A DNA stretch of 64,000 nucleotides from Octopus sinensis. Its lineage: Eukaryota. Both the position numbers and the translations under genes were made by a program. Where the stretch lies: positions 53,072,001-53,136,000 of the forward strand of contig NC_043002.1 in the NCBI RefSeq assembly GCF_006345805.1, in the 5' to 3' direction. Shown one piece after another: positions 25,140 to 38,565 of this stretch; position 1 is the stretch's first letter, and the number at the start of each line of letters is the position of its first letter. The notes below the pieces were generated by a model. It was not told where the DNA came from. It was given only the letters and a program-made list of their open reading frames with translations, and did no database searches.

Positions 25140-25295
25140 CCACAGGGTTCCTTCAGTTTCTGTCTACTAAATTCATTCAAAAGGCCTTGATCAGCCTCAT
25201 AAAAAAAAAAAAAACAGTTGCCCAAGGTGCAACACAGTGGGACTGAACCCAGAACCATGTGGCTGGAAAGCAAACTTCTTATCACACACCCACTC
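25140..25295 (-). mobile_element. SINE family A, 5' half
   Basis: ttgcccaaggtgc...gggactgaacccagaaccatgtgg. Confidence 0.75.
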
Positions 25296-27479
25296 TATAT
25301 GCGTGTGAGTGTGTGTGTCTGTGTGTGTGTGTGTGGAATGAGAAAGTTAATTACACATAAAATAGTCACCTAAAAGTTGCATCTGCTTTCTTTTTGACTT
25401 TAAATTTTTATTTAATTTTTTCCTCATTTTTTTTTTTGTATCCTCATTCCAGTCAAACTATGCTAAGAAAAATATTAATTTCATCTTCAGAACATGTTCA
25501 AAAGTCTACACTAATATTACACCATGTCAAATTCAAAATGACTTCTAATGCAGCACATGAGTTCTGCTTTCTCCTCAAATACTATTTTATATAAATACAA
25601 GAAAACAGTAGACTATGAACTAACTATAGAGGTTCCATGTTAGGAAAGATGTAATATAAATAGTTCAAACAACAAAATATGTATAGTGGTGCAAAGCCAA
25701 AGTCAAATGTTTTGGATGTTTGTCCATCTTAAGGTAGAAAGAGGAGATTTTAAAAAATGGCACAAAAATATTTTATTGATAAATTGAAAAACTTTTTTGT
25801 CTTTTCTTTTCATGAGACCCGAGGAGACTCATAAAACTAGTGTTTAATTCAGTTTCCATAGTGAATGAGATTTCAATATTCTACCTTACTGGATAGGATG
25901 CCAATCTGTCACAAGGCTAACTTCCCAACTGTTGCTAGAACTCATTTACAGCTGAGTATTAATTACTTGTAGCTATCTAAGCAATGAGTGTGTGGATGGT
26001 TAACTGGGTGGCTGTGGTGCTGAAGAAGAAGAAAGGACTCCTGAAATATCCATAAACACCTATTTTTCTATCTTTAAACATATTTAGATACGAAACTTAA
26101 CAAACCAGAGCTGGTTATAATTTCTAGAGAAAATCTGTAGGAAGAGTGAACTATAGCAATGTGAATGAAGCATTTTGCTTGAAAATACAGTGCACCACAA
26201 GGGCCATGTTAGTGAAACCCCAATATTGAAACTGAGAGTGCAACACCCTAACCACTAAGCCACGCATTTTTTACAGTCACAAAAACTGCTAACGGGGGGG
26301 GGGGTAAATATAAAAAGTGGAGAAATGTTGTAAGAAGGAAAGCTGACATAAGGAATGACCAAATTCGATTTGTCTGATTACAAAACACTCTGTTATCATA
26401 TCATGAAGCAACAATAAGAATTTCTTATCACTTTTTTTTGCAACGTAACAAATAAAATGGGATGGGGAGACAATAAATGAAAGAAAGCGCTGTTGAGAAT
26501 TCTCACATTGTGCATTTCACCCTTAGTGATATGTTTACTTATGCTGTAGTAAAAATATTCAATCAATTCATTCAATTAATAACTATCAACACAGCTGCAG
26601 TGCCTTCCATCGCAACTCAAGTGATAAGACTATAAATCAGCAGGATAAAAAGAAGAAACACATCACATTTCACTTAATTGTTTCCTTGCAAACATCACCA
26701 ATATACAATGTTATTGCTAGCTAACAGTAGTGTTACTACTGTTTATGGTGGTGATGGTAGCGGTGATGATGCTGCTACCATTGTAGGCTGCTAGAAGCAA
26801 GTTGAGGAAGAGAGGAAAAAAAAAAAAATTAATCACCAATAAAATTGAAATATGAAAAAAAAAAAAAAAAAAAATCGGTTCATGTTTGCAACGCTCTTCT
26901 GAAAATGTATTACAGTTAACAACTGTAGTAATTCCTTTCTTTTGCCTCCTCTTCCTCCTCCTCACTGCCAAACCGTTGTCATCAATGATTCCCAATTAAG
27001 AGAAACGGTTGAGTTTTCACATTCTTACAGTTTATGGTCAACATTTCGAATGGTTATGGATTACAAAATATTATGTTCAAAATGTTATTGATGCAATAAA
27101 TAAGATATCATCTGTGGCCTTTGTGCACCCTGTGATAGAGACCATTGTTAAAAGTGGTGGGTTGGTAGTGTCATTTAATCACAGAATGACAAAGAGAATT
27201 TAGCAACAACCCTTTATGTTCTGAGTTCAAATCCCAGCAAGGTCAAGTTTACCTTTCATTCTTCTAGTGGGGTTAATAAAATAGAATAGCAGTCACATTC
27301 TTAGTCAATTTAATAATCAATCATTAAATCCAAGACATAAATGGAATAATAATTATAACTGTAACTACCACGGGAAGAAAGGCATTAATGACAAATTTAA
27401 AAATCTCCAGCTCCATACTTAATTAAAATATATATACACATAAAAACATTAAGTACTAGGCTACTACTTAATGTTTATA

Positions 27480-28740
27480 CCAGGTGCTAGAGACTCATAC
27501 ACAGCATTTTACATTCATCTTGAAGCTTTTTACATGCCACCAGCACAGGGGCCAGTCAAACGCCACTGACACTGACTACACTCAAATGGTGCTTTTTACA
27601 TGCCACCGGCTCGGAAGCCAGTCAGGTGGTACTGGCATCAATCGTACTTGGATGGTGCTTTTTATGTGCCACTGGCATGGGAACCAGTCAGGTGGCACTG
27701 GCATTGACCACACTTGAATAGTGCTTTTTACATACCACCAGCACTGGTGCCAGTCAGGCAGAACTGGCATCACCCATGACTAAAATTTCACTTGACTCAA
27801 CAGGTCTTCTCAAGCACAGCGTATTGTCTGATGATTGACAGGTACTTCTAAACGGGCCAGTTATGTGACACTGGCAGTGGCTACAGCTACGAGCTCACTT
27901 GGCTTGCTAGGTCTTCTCAAGCAAAGCATATCTCCAAAGGTCTCAGTTGCTTGTCATTGCCTCTGTGAGGTCCAACATTCAGGTCATGCTTTGTTACCCC
28001 ATTCCATGTCTTCCTGGGTCTACCTCTTCCACAGCTGTCCTCATCCATATGTAACACTTGACTGTACCAGTGCAGTTGTCTCTTGAACACCACATCTGAT
28101 GTTTCTTACATCCAACTTTTCTCTCAGGGCACTTACACTCTGTTGTGTATGCACACTGACATTACACATCTAGCAGAGCATACTAGTTTCATTTCTTTCA
28201 AACTTATTCATGTCCTTAGCAGTCGCAGCCCATATCTCACTGCTGTGAAGCATGGCTGTTTGCACACATGCATCATACAGTCTACTTTTCACTCTGAGCG
28301 GGAGGCCCTTTGTTACCAGCAGAGGTAGGAGCTTTCTGAACTTTGCCCAGGCTATTCTTATTCTAGCAGCTACACTCTCAGAGCATCCACCCCAACTACT
28401 GGCCTGGTAATCTAGGTAACAGAAGCTATCAATTACTTCTAGTTTTTTTTCCCTTGGCTTGTAATGGAATCTGTTTTTTGTACATCTTCAGTGTTTATTG
28501 CCCCTGTGCATCTGCAACACACAAAACTATCTTCCTAGTTAACCTCCCTTTGATATTGCTGCACTTCTTATGCATCCATAGCTTACACAAGGTACATCTT
28601 ATGGAGTTTCTACCTATGCCTTTTCTACAGATTGAGTAGGGCCATCTACCTGAAGGTATTTGTGATTTGTCTGCTTTCTTATTTACTAAGACTTTGGTTT
28701 TTGCCAGATTGACTCTAAGGCCCTTAGAGCCCCACAAAAG
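27480..28740 (-). mobile_element. 5'-truncated RTE-clade LINE (ORF C-terminal part plus 3' UTR)
   Basis: Minus-strand peptides GLRVNLAKTKVL, CRKGIGRNSIRCTLCKLWMHKKC, LEVIDSFCYL, ARIRIAWAKFRKLLPLL, RRLHWYSQVLHMDEDSC, GRGRPRKTW; stops and frameshifts. Confidence 0.92.
27525..27790 (-). repeat. Four 66-bp tandem units in the RTE 3' UTR
   Basis: gcttttta recurs at 27525, 27591, 27657, 27723. Confidence 0.85.
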
Positions 28741-28840
28741 GTAATATCTACATGATCAGTCACTCTGCCACAAATAGCAGTCAAATCTTGCTCCAATTAC
28801 ACTATATTGTCTCAAAACGGAAATACATATTTGACTTCAT

Positions 28841-29100
28841 AATCATCATCAAATATCTACTCTTCATGTTGGCATGGGTTAGATGGTTTGATGGGAGCTG
28901 ATAAGCCAGAGAGCTGCATCGGCTTCCAGTCTGATTTGGCATAGTTTCTACAGCTTGATGCCCTTCCTAATACCAGCCACTTTCGGAGTGTAATGGGTGC
29001 TTCTACGTACCACCAGTACAGGTGCCATGGCACCAGCAAAGACCACAACTATGATTCACGGGTGCCATTTACATGGTACCAGCATCAACCATGACTACGA
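28841..29100 (-). mobile_element. Family B element
   Basis: tgggttagatgg...tgcccttcctaataccagcc; (atc)n tail. Confidence 0.8.
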
Positions 29101-30479
29101 TTCATGGGTACCATTTTCAAATTCATAACATCTGGAGGGGGTAGAGTGAGAGAGAGAGAGAGACAGGGAAGGGTGGTGATAGCTGGAACACTTTTGATAA
29201 TCAATCTGTTTGAGTAAAGTTAATCTGGAGCTAAATAACACCAGCAACATTAATGCTATGAAATTGATGTAATATTCACTATATGAAGTTAAGAACATTA
29301 ATTCATATAGAAGAATGTCTACGACAACTAAAGAAATTACTTCTTTCCTATCAGATCAATTTCTTTTTTTTTTATCACAAAATCATAAAATAATATTTCC
29401 AAAGCAAAAATATTAAAATAGCAATAACAACAACAACATCAAAATGAAAAAAGCATACTATTATTGAAAAAACCATAAATTTGATTTTATGCTATGAGAA
29501 TTCTATTTCCTTGAAATGATATTTGTTTAGCTATGTGTTTTTTATTTAGTTACGTACATGTTTTTCTTTTTAAAGAAGATGCCTTTCCCCCAAACCAGCC
29601 CCTATACACATTCCAAATATCTTTTTCCTATAACAGTGTTAAAGCAATCAATCTCCAGATGTTGTGAATTTAAGCGCCCACCCAGCCGATGAATTCACTA
29701 TGAGCAGATTGGCAGACAACAGGTAAAAATTTAAAATATATAAACAAATAAAACCAAAAACAAAAAAAAATCTACTATAAATGCTTTTTGAGGAAAAGTG
29801 TACAATTCACGACTCACAAGCAGAGAGAGTATTCTACGACAGTCAAAGAATAGGGAACCAAATGAATAAAAAAAGAAAAAAAAACATTAAAATTAAATAA
29901 TGTAACAACTGACTCTGAAAAGATGTTATTTCTCAAAGTATTGAAATCTCTGTAAAAGTACAACATTACACAAAATCTGAGATTTCTTTTCTTTTTTTTT
30001 TATTTTTAGTTTTGTTGATAGATTTACATTCATTTTATTATATATTTTGATTCATTTTTTTTTTTTTCGTTTTCTTTTTTTTTCTTTACTAAATTTAACA
30101 TATTGCTGTTGAAGAAACATACTTTAACTGATTTCTATGTTTTTTTTTTTTTTTGTCATCCCACATTGCGCTATATAGCCAGCTGTTCTCTTGAAACAAG
30201 ACATAAAAGACCGCCAAGCCACGCACACATATATATATACATATATGCATATGGTTAGTTGAAATAAATAAATCTTTCCTGTTAGAATATTCAGACTCAA
30301 AGCTAGCACAATGTACTTCTTTTACACACAACTTAGTGTATGTGTGTGTATGTGTGTGTGTGTATGTATGTGTGTGTATGTATGTGTGTGTATGTTTCTC
30401 TCAGTGTACATATTTATATTAAATAATTAGATAAATAAACAAGGAGAATAAATCAACGGAATATTGAATGGATCATGAT

Positions 30480-30504
30480 TCAGTCCATACAAATATATAC
30501 ATAC

Positions 30505-30535
<31 letters not shown>

Positions 30536-30579
30536 ATATATACATATATATGAGAGAGAGAGTTATGTGTCTGTGTATT

Positions 30580-30639
<60 letters not shown>

Positions 30640-30830
30640 ATATACGTTTATGTAGATGCATATACATACATACACACACACATATATATATACACACACA
30701 CACATATATATATACACACACACACATATATTTGCAGACACACGTGAATATGTTTCTATGCGTGTATGTATATATATATATATATATATATATAAATATA
30801 TATATGCACACACACACACATATCTCTGTC
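30480..30830. repeat. Large compound (TA)n/(CA)n microsatellite
   Basis: Direct reading; source of several spurious ORFs. Confidence 0.95.
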
Positions 30831-31108
30831 CACAAACATCTTCAAAATCAATAAAAACATAACAAAAAGAAGAAAAGCAAACAAGCAGAAATTGATTTTC
30901 CTTGCTTGTATTTTAGTTATTTTATTTTCCTTGAACTTCATTCACACATATTTATGTATATATTTATATGTATGTATGTATATACATATGTGTATATAAT
31001 TCCCATTTTCTTAAATTCAAATTTCCCCAACAAACAACAGGCTTAACAATAGGAGGTCAATTACTAACAACGCTCAGGATATTTCTGCTTCAACACAAAT
31101 CATAAATA

Positions 31109-31143
<35 letters not shown>

Positions 31144-31518
31144 TATGCAAGCTACATTGAGAACTAAACAAGAATTACCTCCACCCTAAATTCAAGGAGT
31201 TACCACCAACCAGGTCAATTTGACATAAATTATCAATAAAATAAACAGATAGCATAGCCTTCTCAGCCTGTTATATACTTATATGCTTGAGCAGGGAGAA
31301 CAATAATCTATTTTGACAGAAATACTATACAGCACAATAGTAGTACTACAGTTGTCAACAACAAACAGTAGGATTCAAACACAGAACGGAAGCAACAAGG
31401 GAGCCTACCGGTGTATGTGTGTGTGTAGGAACACAAACATGTAAATGTAGAGTTGCTCAAAGCTATGAAGAACAGACATATCTTCTTAAAGTGCTATCTA
31501 CCACAATAAAAATTTTGA

Positions 31519-31835
31519 AGGTCACAAGTATGATGTTGTGCTAAGAAATAGGCTTCCCAAACCACATGGTTCTGGGTTCAATCCCTTTTATGCAAGTGTC
31601 TTCTAGCACAACCCCAGGCCAACCAAAACCTTGTAAGTGGTTTTGCGTGTGTGTGTGTGTTTGACAACCAGTGTTGATTTCTTGATATCCTGTAACCTAG
31701 CAGTCAAACAAAAGAAACCTATAAATAAGTATTAGGCTTAAAAGACAAAAAGAAGTACCATAATCAATTCATTCAACTAAAACCCTTCAAGGCAGTGCCC
31801 CAGCATAACCACAGTCCAATGACTGAAGCACTTAA
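31519..31835 (+). mobile_element. SINE family A, deleted and older copy
   Basis: accacatggttctgggttcaatccc...aatgactgaagcac. Confidence 0.75.
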
Positions 31836-32421
31836 AAAAAAAAAAAAAGACACATTGTGTAATAAAACCTCAGGTACTTTATCTCTGAAAAAGAGATGTG
31901 GTGGTGATAGGGCAGCTGGAATGCCTTCTATTATAAACCTGCTTTACTGGAGATGTCTTGGGGGACAAAACAACCTCATCAGGGTACAGAAGGGAAATAC
32001 TCATCCTTTAAAATTTTTGTTGTCCAAAATAAAAATAAGATTAAAGAAACTAAATATAAAAGTAAGTGGTAAAGTTTTCTCGAGTGGGTAGTCAAGAATT
32101 CAGCTTCATAACCATAACACCTGCATCTCTTCAATATAATAAGGTGACCATTCTTATGTAAATCTTCATTTTTCTCACACACCCCACTGGTATAACCAGC
32201 CTGTAGTTCATGTATTTTACAGAGCCAATCAATGATGAAAATATTTCACAGTTTCTCCAAGCAACTCCACATAAATAGTGTTGGTTGTGATTGGTGATTA
32301 CAGAAGAATCTATGAGACAACAAACCAAGAAAGTCAAGTATGGTAGCAGCATACTGACATCAGATGAGACACCAAATTTGAAATACCATATTTTCCTGCA
32401 TGCAAGCCAATGTAGTATACA

Positions 32422-32641
32422 CAAGGGGATGCTGAAAAGTTTCTGGCTTTAAGGGTATCGTGAAAAGTCTAGCTGGAGGTGCAAACTTTTGAGTTCTTTT
32501 ATAGGGCTTAGAAAAACTGAAGGACTGCTGCAATAAGTGTTTTGATCTGAGAGGGAAATACATTGAATAAAATTATAATTAACTGATCCTCCTCCTGTAT
32601 TTTCTTTTACCCAAAGCCAGGAACTTTTCAGCACCCCCTCA
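32422..32641 (+). mobile_element. Mariner-derived MITE
   Basis: TIRs aggggatgctgaaaagtttctggcttt / aaagccaggaacttttcagcaccccct; internal EKLKDCCNKCFDLRGKYIE* resembles the mariner transposase C-terminus. Confidence 0.85.
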
Positions 32642-33657
32642 TCATCATCATCATCATCATCGTTTAACGTCCGTTCTCCATGCTAGCATAATGTAGTATA
32701 TACATTCAAACATCATCAGTATTTTTCCAAATCCTATTGCATATCACAAGGAGGTTTTGGTCCTCCAAAGTTGTCTTGTGTAAATTGATCTACTCCGCTT
32801 CCTTTTTTATTCTGTAAATTCTAGTTTGAAAATCTCAACTTGCATGCCAGAAAATACAATAATGTGGTATTGTGGATCGCAGTGTAATTCTACTTGGTCA
32901 TATCAATACAAAATACTTCTTTACACAAAATTATCAGTGCTTGTAAAACTAAACAGCAATCTGAGATTGCTTAAGCTCAGTCAGTTTTGAAAATTTATAC
33001 GCGCACTTTAAAACAACATTATAAATAAACTTTTCAATTTGTTCACTTAAGATTTATTTCATTTGTGAATAGGAAAAATGGTATAAAAAAAAAACACACA
33101 CCTAGGTTTCATGGAATTGAAAATAGTTATTAATAAATAGTGAAAATTAAATAAAACAGACAAGTAAAAGGCAATTGAAAAGTTCACTTAAAGGAAAAAT
33201 TTTGTGTGTGTATAATTTTCTTTTAAATTGGGGATTTGTTGTATTTTATTTTATTTTATCTATTTATTTATATCATTATTTTTGTCAGAATACAATGATG
33301 TATGTGGAATAAAAGAACTATTCAATCACAGAATTTGACTATTTCAAAATAAATTACATATTTAGTAGCTAGATATGATAATAAATCAAATAGAATTCTA
33401 TTATTAGATGAAAATCGAAAAGAAAAAAAATAGACTTAGCAAACTTTAGATAATTGCTAACTTTTGAGAAAAATTATTAAAAAAAAAAAAAGCTGAAAGC
33501 AAAAATGGTTGTTCATATTGTTAGAAGAGGTGGAAGAAGAGAAAAAAAGGTAAACCAAAAGACCAGTTCAACAACTATGATCTAGTTTTTGTTGTTGCAA
33601 CAGATCAAAAACAAAACTACAGAAAGTAGGAGTAAACAAAATAGACTGAAATCTGTG

Positions 33658-33661
<4 letters not shown>

Positions 33662-33729
<68 letters not shown>

Positions 33730-33735
33730 GGAGAA

Positions 33736-33786
<51 letters not shown>

Positions 33787-33825
33787 AAGAGAGAGAGAAA
33801 GAGAGAGAGAGAGTGAGTGAGTGTG
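33662..33825. repeat. (GA)n microsatellite
   Basis: Direct reading. Confidence 0.95.
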
Positions 33826-34599
33826 TCTAATACAAGGTGTAGTTTTATCATAGATTCACAAAGATCAGATGACAGACTGGCAAAAAAAAAATATTAACTA
33901 TAAACAATAACAATACATAAAAAAAAAAATTCTTTCGAGTGATAAATGATTTATGAGAAGCTTTAGAAAGATTGGCAACAGATCACTTTATGTAGAACAG
34001 TGATCTATTTTCCAAATAACCAGAAACATTATTATTATTTTGCCAATAGCTTTAAAAGATATTTTAAATATTCCACATTTCAATGTTTCATTGCTTATTT
34101 ATTTATTTATTTATTTATTTAACAATCCATTCATTCATCTATTTATTTAAGGTGTGGTGGAGTTATTTCAACAAAGTTAGAGCAGCTTTTACTAATTACC
34201 TGGTATTGCTTCAAGGCTAAAGCAGTATCAAAATACTATTTTCAGTGGACTTTTCACCGAGGTATTCAATAACAACAGTTATTTGTTCTATCTTCCTCTT
34301 TGTAGAAGATAACATACATTTGTATCAACAGCAAGCAGGTGAAACTAATAATCAGCTTTATAAAGTTTCACTATCACCAAGTTTAAGGGGAGAAAGATAA
34401 GAATTCCTTCTATGAATGGTTTCCTAGAACTTCAACTCCTACATGAATGAAGATTAAGCTACTTCAGAACTTCAAGCACTAATAATTACTGCTTCAGAAA
34501 ACATTTCAACAACCTAAGCAAAATTTCCACCCACATGTTTAATGTGTCTAACAATAAGCAAAATCACTTTGGCAAATTTCATTAGTTTACGTTTTATAC

Positions 34600-35260
34600 A
34601 AAGGTTCAAAAGGATGGTACCTCTATGCTTTACAATTGAAAAACAACTGAGATAATTTTTTTAACTGAACACTAAAATCCCCTTTCTGATAGCTGTAACT
34701 AGGAGCAAACCCAAGACCTTACTTTCTTCTGTCTCGAGATATATTTCCGTTTTTATTTAATTTCACTACTGGTAGTTCGATCCCTGACTAAACCAAAATG
34801 TAGAAAGAATGTAAATCCCAGATTTATGAGTAAGGAGTTCCATCTCTGTGCCAGAGATTTTTTCTAAAAAACAATACACTTCAGTACTGGTCTCACATCT
34901 AGAATATTGCTGCCACCACCTATACAAACATCTCAGACTAAAAAAAGAAAAATACAGTCCTTCATTAACCCCTTACAAACCTTGGGCCTACAGATGTGCT
35001 GTCTCTTTAATCTGCTTTTTATGCTGCTAATACAGAGGCCTCTGTTCTTTGGAGCTGGGTTGTCTTATGCCACCTCCACTTAAGTACTCTCAACTCACTT
35101 TGTCACCTATAGTGTTCATTCTCCAAACACTAGGCTTTGTACAGAGTAGATTAGCTAAACATACCTCCTCAAAGTATCAGTCATCTGGAATTCTCTCCCT
35201 GCCCTTGTCAAAATTTAACTGTTCAAGAGAAACATTAACCAAGTGGATCTCACAGGTGTC
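34600..35260 (+). pseudogene. Decayed CR1/L2-type LINE 3' ORF2 fragment
   Basis: YTSVLVSHLEYC (LEYC 34899-34910) resembles YKSLVRPHLEYC; VIWNSLP at 35180-35200; LFKRNINQVDL. Confidence 0.7.
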
Positions 35261-36479
35261 AATCTCACTGGTTGCAAAGGACACGTGCACATCCCCCTTC
35301 ATATCTTCAGGACCAAATCAACGAAAGCAAAATGATGTTTCAACTAGGATGCAACTAGCCATGCTTTGCATAAAACTTCATTAACTACACTACATCACTT
35401 TTGTGAAACAACAATAAAGAACTGGGTTTTCAATATAAACCTCGGAACTTAGCAGAATTCTGTAAACAATGAAGCATTACACTCAATAATCTGCATTTTC
35501 TCTAAGCCACAGTATATGCAACGACTACCTGACAATGCAATAACAACATCAGAAGACAAACTTATGGCCTATGAAGCAATGCATTTGCAATTCAAATTCA
35601 AAGTGGCATCACATGAGCCACTTCACAATGACACCTCAAAAATTATACTAATTCAGATGCTGCTATAAGCAACAAAATGCACCTCATCGACTATATCAGC
35701 ATACTAGTACTGAACTTCTACTTGACTTACCAGAAAAGATGGGTGGGGGGGGCCCAAAACAAAAATACCCAGGATGTTGTTCTTTTGGTAATTCAAACTT
35801 ATCTTTCAAACTCCAAATATTACACTACAATACCTAAAATAGTAAGAAGGAGAGTAATGAGAGACTAAGCAGCAGCAAAAAGAATTTCTGAATATAAGCC
35901 CAACAGTTAAATAAAAACCATCTAGGCTTTAAGTAGCACAAATCATACAGAATCAAAACGGATTTTTTCAAAAAAATCAACCTTTCGGTTAATGCTTTAG
36001 TGTAGTTTTATGTTCTTTAGCATATCAATGTTATTTCCACTTGTAGTTCTAGTTCTTTGGGGATCTCCCATTGTCTGATGAGTCACTAGGTTTAGTTAAA
36101 TTGTTTCTAATATCACTAATTTTTATATTAAGGTTAATAAGGGTCTTGTATTTAACTGTATCGACATCAAAGCTTTAATTTGTTATTAGAAACATCTCAT
36201 TAGAAATTAGGTTATTTACAGAATTTCGGATTTCAGATTAGCCTAACAAATTACATTATGGTAGCTTTGTGACATAGATACCTATTTACAATGAATTGTA
36301 CATGATCATATGCAAGACTCTAGCCCGCAGTATATTTACACTCAGTCATGCAGGGTCAGTGTGTATTATTTGAACTTATCTTGACTATAGAGCTGCACAA
36401 ATGAAAATTCACAAAAAGGCAGTCTTTTAGTCTTATGCTTGGTTGCTAGGTTGTCTTGTTAGTGATTTGGCGAGGTTCA

Positions 36480-36835
36480 AGTACAGAGAAATAGTTAAGG
36501 AGAGAACAGAAGAAGAGAGAAAGAGAAGTGGCAGAAGGGAGTGAGAAAGAGCAAGGGCACTTGAGAAAGAGAGAGAAAGAGCAAAAGAGACAGAGCTATA
36601 GAGAGAGGGAGGTAGATAGAGAAAGGGACAGAGCTACAGAGAGAGGGAGGTAGATAGAGAAAGAGAGAGACAGTAAGAGAAGGAGGTAGATAAAGAGAGA
36701 GAGTGAGAGAGGCATAGCTAAAGAGAGATAGGTATTAAGAGAGAAAGAGAGATGAGAAGGAAGAGATTGGGGATTGAAATGGAGAGAAAAGAGAGATAGG
36801 GAGACAATGGAGAGAGAGAGAGAGAGAGAGAGAGA
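36480..36835. repeat. Purine-rich tract with a 38-bp tandem duplication
   Basis: acagagctaYagagagagggaggtagatagagaaag at 36590 and 36628. Confidence 0.85.
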
Positions 36836-38411
36836 TGTTAAGAAAAAAAAGCAATTGGTAGAAAAATTCCAAATTGATTCACATTCTCTGCAGTATTGAT
36901 GATGTCATGAAATAAACTATATGGTGGGGGTTATCTAAATTATTTTATGCTATTTTCAAAGATGAATGGTACCTGCTAATAAATACAAGGTATCACTTTT
37001 AATATTCATGAAATACCATCTACATAGTTTAAGGGTGAAGAGGTTCCCATTCAAAAGGAACAAGTTATCTATTTTCTCCATTGAAAATATGAAGAATTTT
37101 TATTTTTATTTTTATTACTTATTTATCTATTTTTTTAATATCATTGTTGGATGGCATCAAATAAATTCAAAACATACTGCAAAGGAGCATGAAAATGTTT
37201 GCCTAGTTGCACTCTTTCCGGCATAATATTTTATTATATTTTTAGGGTATTACATGTATCTGTAGATGTATAGATCTTGTAATGTAACCGTATCCTCTGA
37301 TGGATTCAAAGATGAATATTCTCCATCCAGTTAACTGATCAGAAAAGAACTACCTACTCATTGAATTACATACGAGTGGCCGAGCATTTCACAGTCACTT
37401 GAACTCTTAGCACAAAATCCTTGGCATAACACTGTGTCTTTGACAAGGCTGTGCATGTAGCCACATCCCAAATTTGCTTGCACCGTTTAGATGTAACATA
37501 TGAGATGCTGATTAGAAAATAAAATTATATTTAGAGAAAACACACTTCTTGGTTCTAAGAACCATTTAGAAAACCTTAAATTTTGGGGGGAAAAACATGC
37601 TGGCGATTTCATCAAAAGAGACACAAGTGCAAAAATCAAAAATCTAAAGAAATAAGAAGCAAGTGATTTCAGTACATGCCTAAAGAGCCTTTATAATGCT
37701 TATAAATGAGTCTAAGTATTGCACTTCCTGACTTATATGTTTTACAAATAAATTATATACCCATGATATATATATATGTATACAGTGTTCAGGAGCAATA
37801 CATAAATATATCACACACACACACACATATACTGATAGATAGATATACATACACATTTTATACACTATAATGTATAGGTGGCATCATAATGTATGTGTAT
37901 GTGTGTTTATATATATATATATATGATATAATATAGACATATATATATAATATTTATACATAGTATCTATAACAAAATAGATATACATATAGAAAACACT
38001 TAAAATCCATATTTCCAAGCTTGCATAAGTTAGATGAAATTTGTTGAAGCAAATTTTCTATGATCAAATGCCTTTCCTGTCAACAACCTTCACCTGTTTC
38101 CATATATGGTAATGATTCTTTAGTCTACCAAATAAGGAACAGCCCAGATATAGTTATACTGTGAAAGTGGAAACAACCTCATTTGAATTATCGTTTATTT
38201 TTTCTGCACCACCTTGCATTTTAATTTTTTCTTTACAAACATCACACATCATGTTAAGACATATGAGGCCCAAAGATGTTTTGTCAAATGACCACAAGCA
38301 AAACAAAGCCAGTATTGATGGTAAGACTGTTGTTTACAGTCAGGAAACATGCATGAATATGAGACAATACAAATTCACTCACACAAACAAACTCTATATA
38401 TATATATATAT

Positions 38412-38517
38412 AGCGAAACGCAAAAGACTTTTTCTATTTCTGAGCGTTATACTAATATATCTGTTTGTTTTATACACCACCTGTCTTCATCTTTTGTTTT
38501 TTTCGTGAACTCTCCCT

Positions 38518-38518
<1 letters not shown>
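38412..38518 (+). mobile_element. Penelope-like terminal-repeat fragment
   Basis: gcgaaacgcaaaagactttt...acaccacctgtcttc; homologous to the reverse complement of ~17690-17782. Confidence 0.6.

Positions 38519-38565
<47 letters not shown>

Noticed and set aside
25955-26040. Minus-strand exon-like segment after an atatttcag acceptor
   Set aside because: Lies within an insertion splitting a family D SINE; peptide unrecognisable
27525-27790. CRISPR-like appearance of regularly spaced repeats
   Set aside because: Units are degenerate full-length tandem copies without unique spacers, inside a eukaryotic retroelement
29883-29982. C/D snoRNA interpretation of the duplicated segment (terminal CTGA)
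   Set aside because: No C box or terminal stem in either copy
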